NCBI GenBank assembly: GCA_051942205.1
Contig: JAVECO010000011.1
Location: 62,001-126,000, forward strand
Origin: Coniocarpon cinnabarinum
Lineage: Eukaryota
Direction of reading: 5' to 3'
Length of the DNA stretch: 64,000 nt
Part shown: in pieces, positions 23,118 through 34,767 of the stretch
How the letters are laid out: every line of letters starts with the position of its first letter
Position numbering within the stretch: the first letter of the stretch is position 1
The notes under the pieces: generated by a model
Seen by the model: the letters and a program-made list of their open reading frames with translations, nothing else
What the model was told of the DNA's origin: nothing
Databases searched by the model: none
Made by a program: the position numbers and the translations under genes

Positions 23118-24856
23118 TCAAGGTCGTCTCCGTCCCCAGACCCTTAACCTCTTCACCCCGCCATCAGGCACAATGACCAGTTTGACAAAACTGACGCACT
23201 TGCTCTTGTTGATGTCATCCAACGTCATCTCATGTTCTCGATCGGGCCCACATTGATCAATGTAGCCCAGGTCTTCCCACTTGTCGTCGTTCCCGTCTCT
23301 TGGCGCTCCCTCTCCTCGCCATGCCTGCACGTGGCAGCTGACTGGGTAGTTCCCTCGATAGAAAGCCGTGTCGACTACGATCTTCTCAGGATACCCGCCC
23401 TGACCGCCGAGTCTGACGATGACCCAATCATTGTGCCCAACTTCTCTGGATCGTTTCGTCTCCCACCCATCTGACATGTCTGTGCCTCTTCCATCCAGCA
23501 GAAGATTGTTTGGAGGTGAGAAATAGGCGTCAGACGCCGCAATCGCGATGCCGCCATTGTTAACGCTGGCGAGGTCAATGACCGGGTTTGTCGAAAGTCC
23601 TCCAATGGGTGAAGTTGGCGTTTGCCTCGGCAGCGGGGGAGGCACCACGTTTCCGTACAGTCTAAAGCGTGCGATCCCTCCATCTGGGTACATCAACAGT
23701 CGAATATGCGTATACATAGCCTCATCTTCTTGACTGATCTTGTGTGATGTCCACGCACCTGGCTCTAGCTGTCGTCCTCGCCCTTGGTAGGCTGGCGGTA
23801 GGAGCCAAGCTTGTTTGCATGCCGGCCCGCACTTCGATCTGGGCAAGATGGTTGTCCAGCGTGGAAAGTCGCGCCCGGTCACAATCTCATTCTGCTTCCG
23901 CTCTTCTGCTTCCAGAGCATCGGTGTCGTGTGCGGTCTTAACGCCACCACTGACACCCTCGCGGTACCCGTGCATGCCTCCGCTGCTGGATGGTTGGCTA
24001 TCTCCTCCTGAGAGTCGGCAACATCCTTGAACTTCGATTTCTGGAGCGTGATTGCCACTGAAGTATCCAGTGTCGATCTCGACTCCGCGAACGGTTCCAG
24101 CATGCACACCTAGACGCCACACGGCATAATCGTAGGGCTCGGGGTTGTGGCGACGAGTCTCCCATCCATCATACCATGCCCCGCGCTCCGTGAACGTATT
24201 TGGCCTATGAATTGGCGCTGTTGGGATGTTGAGATTGGCGGCACTACAAAAGAACTCATCGGAAGCGAGGAGGAACGCAGCATTGAGACGTGGCGAAAGT
24301 AAGTCTGTGAGGGGGATTCATCAATGAGAATCGGGTGCACCAATAGACACTGTATTTTCTGTGTTACCTATGCTGTTCGTATTAAAGGTCTTTGCAATAT
24401 GCTCTAGATGTCGAACTAGTTAGTTTACTGATGGATTTCATGTCAAAGAGCGGCAATTCCATGGAGTTCAGCAATGAATCTGCCAATGCTGAGTCTATAC
24501 ACAGAGCTTGAGATCCAGACAAGATTTAGGCTTGCAGCAGATGCCTCGAGTCTCGATTCAGACGCAAGGAAGTCCGGGATTGGGTTCACAAGGTCATACT
24601 CAAGGAATTTGCAGATACAGCGTGTGGACTCTGTAAACGTACCTATAGTCAAAGTAGTCAGCACAAGCTTTTAGAGAGGAAAATCAAACCCATTTGCAAA
24701 GCTCTCACTGCTTCAAGACTGAACGACGATTGTCTGATAAGATAAAGACTCGTCACGACAATAGGAGGAACAGGCAAACACACCTGGCGCGATCTGTCTG
24801 ATGCCTGTCTGTGAGATATCCTGGTACACGTCCGGAGGTAGATATTGATCATCCAT
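23118..24856 (-). CDS. DAL2: Allantoicase
   Basis: Two allantoicase repeats (DGWETRRHN...IDTGYFSGNHAP...YPDGGIARFRLYG; DGWETKRSR...PDGGVKRLRVWG). Exons 24784-24856, 24368-24403 and 23118-24304 join in frame; exon 1 is less certain. Confidence 0.9.
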
Positions 24857-25088
24857 GATGCGCTCTTCTGGGTCAAGAAAGGACGAGGATGAGGCGCCGT
24901 TTGCAGTCTTAGATCTAAAGACGGGAAGACGGCGTTGGAAGCAGGACGAGTGGGGCCAGAAGCTACTCAAGTACCTTGCATTAGCTCTCTGCTTGGCTGA
25001 CAACAACGTCTCCATCACGTGTTCCGGCACCTGCATCCGACTTCACCAGAAAGCTTCCTGTTCAAGACAGTTTTGACCGTGGCTCGTT

Positions 25089-27571
25089 TCATTCGTTATT
25101 CCAATCAGCTTCTTCATAAACTTTGCCATTCTTCCCACCGCTCAGGTCAAGCTTGGCGAGGAATTCTGGAGGCACAGTCGGAATATACTTCCGTTCTCTT
25201 TCTCGGTTCATACCGCCAAAGCCTGCACCGTAGCTTATGATCATGTCGGTCGATGTCGGTAACGAGAAGGGTAGCATTAGAGCTGGATCCAGCAAAAGAT
25301 TCTCGGGAGCTTCATCCTCCTCAGGGCCATTCTCTTGAGATGTCGTGTCTGATGCTGCGTAGGGCTTCTCGGGTGAGGACGGCGTCGGCTGTCTTTGGTC
25401 GTGGCCGTTCTCTGAAAACTTTGGCGTCATATTCGACTTCCGTCGCTTCTTGTCTTCTTCCCATTCCTTTTGCAATTTTCTTAAATATTTGACCTTGTCC
25501 TTTGGCAGCTTCTCTTCTCCTACCTCATTGCGGTAATATGACAAAGTATGTACGAGATGCTGTGGCGACAGTCTCGGTAATTGTGCAATGGTACTTTGAA
25601 GAGCCTCGTCGCTCTTGCCTAGCGACGTGAAGATCTGTAGCCATTGCAGCAGCTGAATGACAGGTGCTAAATGTCCTCGAGCTGCTTCATCTGTTGTATC
25701 TCCTGACGCTTTAGTCGATCCGTTCTCGTAATGCTCTGGCTGACGACTGTTGGCCTTGGCCCATTCCTCCAGCACCGATACGTTCATGCGTATCTGCATC
25801 GCCTTGGTCCGAGCTAAATATTTTCTGTTTGACATGACGCGGTTGAACAATTCGGCGCCAAGCCAGTACATTAGTTGATTCATTGTTTGCGCGATGATTA
25901 CTGAGTGAATGTCGTACAGGTCCAGGACGAAGAGCGTAGATGAAAGAAGAGAGGTGATATTACGTGGGGATATCTTTGCACGACGCTTTGGCGATGGCGG
26001 ACGAAATCTCTTCTCCGGAGGTTCTGGTGCTTTCACTTTAGGTTTCGATTTGAAGATTCGCCAATCGCCTTGGAAGGTAATGTCTTCGAAACCGGGTATC
26101 GTCTCATGGTCAAGCATCGCTTCGTCCAATACCTTGTCCATACGTCGCTCAGCGTCTCGTATGACGAGTACAAATATCTCATTGATGAGCTCAGCTATTT
26201 GCAACTGCCAGTCAGTAGTGTGTCTGTGCAAGCCAGGATCCTTTTTGAGGTAGTGCAGCAGCAGTGTCAGGTTCGACATCCAAAAAGCAAGCTGCGCCAT
26301 GTCCCATTGATACCGATCAATCACATCATTGAGTTTCTCCATCGCCATCTCACAAAGACTCGAGAGATGCTCACCGCCTGCATGATAATGCGCATATCTT
26401 GCAGCTAGGAAGAGTATGTTGGCTGGTACTGGCTTCTGAGAGGGTGTCCGTTGGGGCTGCATGTTCGTTATAATGATGTCCAGAATCGCAGCCAGCTCAG
26501 ACTCTTGAAACACAAACATCTGATCATTCAGACATCGGTCCCATACAAAATCCTGGCTTTCCTCTTCCAGCTCACCTGGCGACTCGGGAGGCTCATCAAT
26601 CCCTAGATTTCCCAAGTCGACTTCAAGATTGATTGCGCTCTCCATCATCATGCGCCGTTTCATTTCGTTTTCTGCCATCTCCTCTTCGAATCTGTCGGAC
26701 GAAAGTCCAGAATTGTAAAAATCATCACTGACGCCAGCGCTCCCAATCTTGTATCCATTCTCATGTAGATAGTCAGAAAGCTCGCTGTGTGGTACCACGA
26801 AGTCGAAAGCTGTCCGGCCGCCGGTTGACTTCGCCTCCGGTGATGCGCCGTGCTTCAATAGCAGCTCCACGATGTCTCGATGACGGTTGGCAGTCGCCCA
26901 CATGAGTGACGTCCATTTGCTCGAATCCTTTTGGTCTACGTCTGCGCTAGCTTTGAGCAACTCTTCTGCCACATCAGCATGACCAAAGCAACATGCATAT
27001 ATCAGTGGAGCTGTTCCGTCTGGGTCTGGTTGATTAATGTCAATGAATGCTTTCGCAGTACCATGAAGCAGGTTTTTGAGCCGCTTAACATCGCCATTAC
27101 TGGCAGCAAGGTTCAACGTCTTTTGTAAAACAGCGCGCTTATCGTCTTCCGTCAGCTCTTCGCTTTTAGCAACATCCTCCTCGTCTTCCGTCGTACGTGC
27201 ATCTTCTTTGTATGCCGCTTGGGCTTGCAACATCCTGTCCAGCCGAGCATTGAGGTCTTGTTTAGCCGACTGAGCTCGAGATGTTTCGAAAGGGTCTTCC
27301 GAGTCGTTTAAGGCGAGATTGAAGTCTAGCGGCTTTGCGGCGCTCGGCGCAAAGGATTGTGCTTGTCCTGGGCAGAACTTTAGCACGTATTGCGAATGGA
27401 AAGGTGCTGGCACTTCTGACCTGACCAGTCGTCGTATATCTCTACATCCGGGCGGTATATGTCTTGCCGGCGGTCATCGAGAGATTTGGGGAGGTCGGAA
27501 GGAAGCTGTCGAGGTTTCTTCGGTTGTAGTTGCTCAGGTTCCTCTTCACCATTGAGGTCTGTGATATCCAT
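25089..27571 (-). CDS. Ankyrin-repeat and Dilute (DIL) domain protein
   Basis: Ankyrin repeats (GTAPLIYACCFGH, WTSLMWA) and DIL domain (ELFNRVMSNRKYLARTKAMQIRMNVS). Upstream exon MDITD...LPSDLPKSLDDRR joins through a short intron near 27350-27420. Confidence 0.87.
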
Positions 27572-28387
27572 ACTGAAGGACCAGAGGAACACTTGAAGAC
27601 AACATTGGAGCTAGTAAGAAGGCGGAGAATATAAAGACCAAGCGAGTCTCATTGAAGAGCTCAACGTCGAATGTGCCGTAGTGCTCTGACACTGACTGCA
27701 AAAAGAGCCTGACTCGCTGTGCTCGCGTGTCGCCCAACAATGACAGCGCCAAGACTTGTGTCTGAGATTATAGGCAACGAAAAGGATTCCTTTCAGTTTC
27801 ATTATACTTCCGTAACTCTTCATGTTCAAACATGGTCAACACCTCAGCAGGACGCCAGCTTCCATAGGACCTCCAATCATCATCAAGTACTCAAACGCCT
27901 CTATTCCAGATGTGCGCGCACAGTCATTCATCTTGCACAAAGGCTCTGCGCAGCAGCCATTTCCTAGGCACATATTCCCATACACATGACGTCCCACGTA
28001 CGGTCTGCGTCCACACTAAACCTTTGCTCCCCCACACGAGCTGTTCGCAGATTACATACAAATTCCATAAACATTCAACTAACATGAAGTGTATCGTACG
28101 ACGGCTCTATTTGCGCACTCGGAGATCATATTTCTTCGGGTCTGCGGACGACGGCCGGTTTAAGTTTCGGCCGGTAGTCCAAGTGCTATTGGAAGTATAC
28201 CAATTCATCAGAAAGACCGCATGCTCAACCCGATAGTATAAGTAGTTGAGATGGCAATGCTTCACAGTTTCTCGTATTTTCTTTTTTTTTATGTCCAATA
28301 TCGTTTCTCGTATTCTACATTGCTTGAATTCAAGAAGGAAAAATCCAAAACTTCCTTGAGGCTCAATCGTGCCACGCATCTTGTGAA

Positions 28388-29188
28388 ATGCATTTCCTTA
28401 TTCTAGGAGGCAACGGCCGCACTGGCTCCCTTGTGGTGGAACTGGCCCTGAGCCGAGGTCACGCCGTCACCGCCCTCGTCCGAAATCCAGACAATTTCCC
28501 ACTTTCCCAACAAGAAGGCCTCACACTCGTGCAAGGCAGTCCGATGACCCCCGAAGACATGGATAAAGCGTTCAAAGCGCGACCAATAGACCGCAAAGAG
28601 GCACAAGCCGACAGAGAACAACGACCACCAGCAGCAGCGCAAGAACCCACCTCAAACGAGCCGCATGATACAGCTTCTAAACCTATCCTCGACGTTTTCC
28701 AAAAACCTGACGTCGTCCTCGTAACACTCAACGCCCCCCGCCAATCCGACAACCCCCTCTCCAAATCCATCGCCCCACCAAGACTAATGACCACCTCCAT
28801 CACCAACGCCCTCCAAACCATGAAGGTTCATCAAGTCCCCGGAATAGTAATAATGCAAGCCTTCGGCGTCGGCTCCAGTTATAATAACAACAACTTCCTC
28901 ATGCGCCTCATCCTCTCCAAAACTGAAATGTCCAAGCAATTCGACGACCACAACGCGGTTGATGCAGCAGTGCGCGCCGTCTCCCCGGACGGGTCAGTGT
29001 CGTGGACGATGCTGAGGCCTGCGATGTTAGCGGGGGAGGGCACGAAGGCAGTGAGGGTTCTAGGTGATGAGGGTGAGGACGCGGGCTGGTTTCCCTCGAT
29101 TTCGAGGGAGTCGGTCGCAAGATTCATGGTTGTGGAGTGTGCGGAGGAGGGCAAGTGGGGGATGAGGACGCCCGTTATATGTAATTGA
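28388..29188 (+). CDS. NAD(P)-binding flavin reductase / BVR-B-like atypical SDR
   Basis: Rossmann motif ILGGNGRTG...TALVRNP; WTMLRPAML; ISRESVARFM. Confidence 0.88.
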   Translation: MHFLILGGNGRTGSLVVELALSRGHAVTALVRNPDNFPLSQQEGLTLVQGSPMTPEDMDKAFKARPIDRKEAQADREQRPPAAAQEPTSNEPHDTASKPILDVFQKPDVVLVTLNAPRQSDNPLSKSIAPPRLMTTSITNALQTMKVHQVPGIVIMQAFGVGSSYNNNNFLMRLILSKTEMSKQFDDHNAVDAAVRAVSPDGSVSWTMLRPAMLAGEGTKAVRVLGDEGEDAGWFPSISRESVARFMVVECAEEGKWGMRTPVICN

Positions 29189-29633
29189 CGTGTTGTTGTT
29201 TCAACGGAAATACATGGATATTGGTTTCAGTCTTGTTGCGGCTTTTCAAGCGCCTGGGAGCGCTATTAATGGACGGACATGTCACGTGGTGTTGAGGAGT
29301 CGAACAGGGTCACAACGACGTACGTGATTCGACGTATAGCACTCATCAATGTCGTGTTATCCAAACATCATCAGTGGAACCAAATCTTTTGACAAAAATT
29401 ATGGCGTGGCGCTGAAAGGTAGACCAAAGCAGTATGAACAGCTTGATAAGCCTGAGCTTAAATTCCTACTACAAATACATCAATGAGGGTATCTGTCGCT
29501 ATGTATGAACTCGTCAAGCATGCCTCCAAAATCACTTATGCTCGTGATCTGCACGCCCTTCACTCGAGCTAGGAGATTAGGCCATAAAGCCATTACGTTA
29601 GGCTGTGTCAATACAAAGTCCTTGCGTGGTTGA

Positions 29634-32366
29634 TCAACGTTTTGGTGCAGTCCCGATCTCGCTTCTCTTCTTATTCAAAGCTGGTTTTGAAGTTTTGTTG
29701 TTCAACTTGCCATTCGTAACATTTCCCAGCGTGCCAGCGCTGGTCAGTCGTTGCTTGCTTGGAATCGGATCCAAGGGTGCACCGCTTGTTAGATTACCAT
29801 TACGATTGCCCAACGTCGAGGGCGGCCTGGTATTTGGCTGTGTAGTAGTACTCGTGGGACTTTCCAGATCAACAACCTCGCTGCCAGGAGACGTAGGCAG
29901 CTCGGAATTTGCTGACTGGCTGAGCGCAAGGCTCGAGGGCCTACGCAGCTTGGCCAAGGACCCCGATTGGAGCTGAGGGCTTGGACTTCCCAGTACGGAG
30001 CCCGATGGAGAATAGCCGTTCGAAGTCTGGCGGCTTCTCGTGGTCGATGGGGGTGTGACGGGTCCCAGAGAACTTTGACGATGTGACATCCCCGGAGGAG
30101 TGTACTTAACCGGCGTGACTACCTTGCGGTACGGGCTCGGCTCAGTCACAGCCATGGGTCGGAAGTTGTGACCGATTGGTGTTCTGCTCAGACTAGTACT
30201 TGCATTCCAACGGGGCTTTGCGCCTGATGAAGATGGCGTTTGGGATAGGCGACTAGTCGGACGGACCGAAGCTGTTGCAGAAGACGGTGTCTGAGAGAGT
30301 CTACTTGGTGGGCGGGCTGACAAGGGCGTGCGTGGAGTCATAGGCGTTGAAGACCGGGAAGCCGGCGACTTTTCTGCTGCGCTCGACTGACTCAAGGGAG
30401 TCCGTGAGTGTTGTGTAAATTTTGAAGCCGTCGGTGTGATCGGTACCGGCAGGCTTGAGAAGCGCTTTTTCGGAAGCATTGGAGGCCTTGAGCTCGTGAC
30501 GCTGGCAGAGCTTGGCTGTCTCGAGCGAGCGCCGCGTTCAAATGGAGCATCGTGTTCCGACTGCGACGGTCGTGTCCGGCTCACTGCTCGACTGGCGGGA
30601 CCTGCTGATGATGCCGGCGAGCTTCCAACGGAGCCAACATTGCTGCTCAAAAATGATCGATCGGTCGAGATGGCAGATGAAACGGAGTCTCGTAGCTCTC
30701 GGGTTTCCGTCGCGTGGTAATACTCGAGCGTGCTGTCTAAATTTTTGAGATCAGCTCGAGTAGCTTGCCACTTGTTTTGGACGTCATTTTGCAGCCGAAT
30801 AATCTCTCCGTTCACAGTGAGACGATCCCTCACTCCTCGATCCACAAGGGCAATGACGCGTTCGATAGCAGGGCAGTAATGTAATTTCTTGGTCTCATAG
30901 TTCTCAATCTTTTTCATGGTGGCAGGCGCATGGCGGAGCTGGGTATTCGGATCGAGAGCCTCGTCAAGCTTGGTGATACTGCGATCAACAGATTCGATCA
31001 TCTTCAGAGCCTGTTTCCCTGCATTCCTAAACACCAGGAGCCATTTGTCTTCGCTGAGTTCCTTTCTAAGGGACTCAGCATCAGTTTCGAGCTTCTGCCA
31101 TTGCTCTTCCAGATGATCTCTTCGATCATCAAGCTCCCCACATGCAGTGGGAAAGTCTCTTTGTGCTTTGCTTTGGAAGTTTTGAATGCGCATAGGCAGG
31201 AAGTCCAATTGCGCTCTCAAAGGTTGCATTTGAGCGAAAAGCCCAAGAAGGTCGGAGTCGTCTTCACGGATCAGTGCATGGTGCGACGGATCCTCCTGTT
31301 TAGGGCCATTGTATCTTGTCGACACTTGCTTCTGCACAGAGAGGCTCTGGTCTCTCTTGTCTATCATCTCTTCCAACTCTCCGAGATCCAGGCTACTGGT
31401 CGATTCGGGTTGCGCGCCCGCATTGCCTCTGTGTCTTTGCTCTTCCAGCTCGAACACTTGTCGTGTGAGCTTCTCGCACTCTTGAAAAGCTTCTTGAACG
31501 ACACTGTTCGATAATTCTTCCCATTCAAGACTCAGCTCAACTTGACGCTTGACAGTATTCAGACTGTTTTTGATCCTCTGCCATTCAGAAATGATCCCCT
31601 CGAGCTTAGAGACACTCTGCTGCAAGTCATCACCCGGGATGTCGCCAGCATCTTCCCGCATCTCCAGGCGCTCGACAGCTGTCACGTAGACATTGACGAG
31701 GCTGTCAAACTTCGAAATGGCTCCATCCACTTCGTTGAGGCCGTCTCTCCCTGCTTGGGCCGCCCAGTCAATGTCGTCACGAGCGTCCAAGCCGTCCAGA
31801 ACTTCTGACGCCTTATTGATCCACGCTTGTATTTGTCCAGCCGCGTCATTCAACGCCCGAGAAGCTTTTGGAGCTGTTTGGATAGCTGAAATTGAGCCAG
31901 ACAAGGAGTTTGCATCAGGCAAGGAAATCGATGTCAACTGAGTAATCTGATTCGTGAATGAAACGCGCGATATAGAGTAGATAGAGTTGGTTCTTGACAG
32001 ATTCCGGGACCTGAAGTGACTGTAGAAGCTGTCCGTGTCTGCGCCTATCAAGCTGTCTCTCTTCGTGGTGAATGATGCTGTATCAGAATGATCATCATGA
32101 TGAGGTGGGGTCGGTGGTCTAGCCCACATTTTTGGAGTTTGCTTCGACGGCTCTCTTGAATGGGTTGGAGGGGTGTTGGCAGTGCGAAAAGTCGGGGTCG
32201 AGGAGGCTTCGGAAGCTGCGCGAGAGCCGCGAGACGCCATGTTGGATGGGGGACGTTGAGGTTGAGAAGAAGGCGAGAAATACTCCTGGCTGTCGTTACG
32301 ATCGTGGCCATGCGCTGTGGAACGACTCATACTTCTGTAGCTGGGTGCGGTATGTGCTGCCGCCAT
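29634..32366 (-). CDS. KAR9: Kar9-family cortical spindle-orientation / karyogamy protein
   Basis: Helical spectrin-like core (MQPLRAQLDFLPMRI, ELSEDKWLLVFRNAGKQA, NYETKKLHY) followed by a basic Ser/Pro-rich tail. Confidence 0.75.
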   Translation of the reverse strand: MAAAHTAPSYRSMSRSTAHGHDRNDSQEYFSPSSQPQRPPSNMASRGSRAASEASSTPTFRTANTPPTHSREPSKQTPKMWARPPTPPHHDDHSDTASFTTKRDSLIGADTDSFYSHFRSRNLSRTNSIYSISRVSFTNQITQLTSISLPDANSLSGSISAIQTAPKASRALNDAAGQIQAWINKASEVLDGLDARDDIDWAAQAGRDGLNEVDGAISKFDSLVNVYVTAVERLEMREDAGDIPGDDLQQSVSKLEGIISEWQRIKNSLNTVKRQVELSLEWEELSNSVVQEAFQECEKLTRQVFELEEQRHRGNAGAQPESTSSLDLGELEEMIDKRDQSLSVQKQVSTRYNGPKQEDPSHHALIREDDSDLLGLFAQMQPLRAQLDFLPMRIQNFQSKAQRDFPTACGELDDRRDHLEEQWQKLETDAESLRKELSEDKWLLVFRNAGKQALKMIESVDRSITKLDEALDPNTQLRHAPATMKKIENYETKKLHYCPAIERVIALVDRGVRDRLTVNGEIIRLQNDVQNKWQATRADLKNLDSTLEYYHATETRELRDSVSSAISTDRSFLSSNVGSVGSSPASSAGPASRAVSRTRPSQSEHDAPFERGARSRQPSSASVTSSRPPMLPKKRFSSLPVPITPTASKFTQHSRTPLSQSSAAEKSPASRSSTPMTPRTPLSARPPSRLSQTPSSATASVRPTSRLSQTPSSSGAKPRWNASTSLSRTPIGHNFRPMAVTEPSPYRKVVTPVKYTPPGMSHRQSSLGPVTPPSTTRSRQTSNGYSPSGSVLGSPSPQLQSGSLAKLRRPSSLALSQSANSELPTSPGSEVVDLESPTSTTTQPNTRPPSTLGNRNGNLTSGAPLDPIPSKQRLTSAGTLGNVTNGKLNNKTSKPALNKKRSEIGTAPKR

Positions 32367-33177
32367 GGTGGAGGGCCGCACTCGAACTCTGAATGATCGC
32401 AATGCTGCGACTGTTCAAAAGGGGAAGCGACGGATTTCCCCAAAAGGTTGACAGCAGGCCCAAGGGCCCACTACCTTGTCACGGCCAGACACGTCATTGA
32501 GTTAGGCTGAAATGAGATGGTTGCAGTGTCTCAAAAGAGAAAAGGGCGTTCTTGAAGCTGAATAGTGTGATCGACGACGGGGTGGACGCAAGCGAGCCTT
32601 GTCGAGTGCTGGCAGCGGGATGACGCGAGCTTTCGGTCGAGTTTCTGGGGAGCGAAGTGGTTTGTGTAAAATTGGAGGCGCAGATGGAGGGTCGGGGTGA
32701 AACCGCGTACGTGAGGAAGAGCCTCCGAGTGAAGTATGCGCAGCTGATTGTGCCTGCCCTTCGCAAGACAGGCGGCAGAAGTGCTCGTTATGAATTGGCG
32801 AATGGTGAACGGAGGGCAGGTATTCAGATGTCGAAAACACTAAGTTCATGTGCGGTTTGACAGGTTGAATGTTGACAGCACCACGCTAAACACATGCGAT
32901 CCGCGTGATGTCAACCCCTTTGGCCGGACGCGTCTTTAGCTGCTTACGGACAATTGGTACACTGAACATATTCATTCTCCCAACAGTTACGAGAGTCACT
33001 ACGAATACATTGTGAGCTTGCGAAGAGGGGTTACACTGTTGGACAATTCATTCAAACTGCTTGATGCGGCGTGTGCGCACTTGGACTGGTGACCCAGACT
33101 GCCGTTGCTTCGTCACTCATCCAACGCCATGACGCTTGGGGGTATCAAATGCTCCACTTCGTCTCACTGCCTCACGT

Positions 33178-34767
33178 TTACCATGGAACTGCTGACAAGC
33201 CGTCTTGCTTGTGCTCTGGATCCATACGTAGGATGGGTCGTTCAACTTTCTGCGCTTCTTGATGCTCTTCCCACTCTGTCGTGATTTCCTCCCTGACCGT
33301 CCGACACCATTTCAACAGCGCCTCATCAAATGCTCGCCACGCGGACGCATCGCTCCCACTGACAATCTTGGGGACGTCAATGAATAGAGAGCAATCCCAT
33401 CGGAGTTGAGCAGCCTTGACCCAATATCGCAGATTTTCCGCACATCGGTACGGCTTCTCAACATCCGAGTGGAATCTCGTGATTTCTTCGAATTGTCTAC
33501 GCGAGCGTCTCACGAGCTCATTATGCAGTTTGATCAATCGACGGCCATCTCGTAGAGCGGATAAGAAAGGCGTGGGTAGATTGTCCTCTGGTGTCGACCA
33601 CGCGGGTAGCGTTTCCGGTTCCGCGTCGAAAGATTTGAGGAACTGGAATTCACGCTCGCGGTCACGTCCAACCCAGTCGCCCTGCTGCCACTGGGACTGC
33701 TGCATGTGCTCCTGCTCTTGTTTCTCGAGCTCTTCATCTTTCGTTACCAGGTCTTCGATTCCCTGAGCCCATGTGCTAATGTAATCAATTTCCTGCCGTT
33801 TCATGCCCCCGGCGAAGTTGCGAGCAGTCATTTTCTTCAAAACGTCCATCACATTGAATAACTCGCTTCGAATGCGTCTCTCTGACTTGATCGAGTACAG
33901 TCGTTGCGTTCGTTCATGAGCTGTGTAGAAATTTTTGGCGGCTCGTATCGCAAGCGTTGTCAGGTCAAGAACCTGCAATCCTTGGATCTCATACCAGCCC
34001 TGCATGCTGTCCTGCTTGCCGGGTGACGAATCTGTTCCAGTGACTAGCTCCCCTTCCAATGCTTGCAATTCTGATTTTTCGGCCTGATAATCTACCAGCA
34101 GCTTCTTGGCATCTTCGAGGGCCTCTCTCAGCTCACGCCTAAGCACATTGAGATTTGGTGGCGGAGGCACGTAAGTTGACTTTTGCTTGTAGGTACTGAC
34201 AGTGGGTGGGAGCACGAAAGAGTTCGGCTCGTCTAGACTACCATCGAAAGAGGCCTGGTCTGGCGAAGATACGAAGGAGCAGTCGTCAATCGCTGAAGTA
34301 CCATTCGGGATTTCCAGCTTGGAGAGACTGCTCATGAACGACCCGTCCATAAAGCTTGGTTCAGATGTTGGCGTATATGACGATCCAGATACGGTTCGAG
34401 AGCCTGGTTCTTTCTTGAAGGGGTCTTCGCGTGCCAGCTGCGCCCCTTTGCCGTCGAGGAGACCGGTTCTCGCGAACCAATGCTGCAGGTGGGAAATTGT
34501 CCCCAAGCTCATAACACTGTCTCGATTCCGAGCAGAGTCCGCAAACGCAGTACCCTGAGGGCGATTAAAGCCACGACGTTTCCCGACCGGGAGATCGCCA
34601 GGCTGGCCATTCTGAGACAGGGCCGAGTTGCTGGTCGCTGACGAGCCGGCGGAGACGCGTCGTCCAAGGTCTGACACGGCGGTCAAGCCGATCGAAGGAG
34701 TGACTGAAGGCGAGGTGCCAGACTCGGACCAGGAGTCGGAGGAGAAGCTCGCGTCCGTAGCCGCCAT
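33178..34767 (-). CDS. Conserved fungal hypothetical protein with a possible C-terminal calponin-homology-like region
   Basis: 529-aa intronless ORF; SLGTISHLQHWFARTGLLDG block; LRDGRRLIKLHN...RCAENL resembles a CH fold. Confidence 0.7.
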   Translation of the reverse strand: MAATDASFSSDSWSESGTSPSVTPSIGLTAVSDLGRRVSAGSSATSNSALSQNGQPGDLPVGKRRGFNRPQGTAFADSARNRDSVMSLGTISHLQHWFARTGLLDGKGAQLAREDPFKKEPGSRTVSGSSYTPTSEPSFMDGSFMSSLSKLEIPNGTSAIDDCSFVSSPDQASFDGSLDEPNSFVLPPTVSTYKQKSTYVPPPPNLNVLRRELREALEDAKKLLVDYQAEKSELQALEGELVTGTDSSPGKQDSMQGWYEIQGLQVLDLTTLAIRAAKNFYTAHERTQRLYSIKSERRIRSELFNVMDVLKKMTARNFAGGMKRQEIDYISTWAQGIEDLVTKDEELEKQEQEHMQQSQWQQGDWVGRDREREFQFLKSFDAEPETLPAWSTPEDNLPTPFLSALRDGRRLIKLHNELVRRSRRQFEEITRFHSDVEKPYRCAENLRYWVKAAQLRWDCSLFIDVPKIVSGSDASAWRAFDEALLKWCRTVREEITTEWEEHQEAQKVERPILRMDPEHKQDGLSAVPW

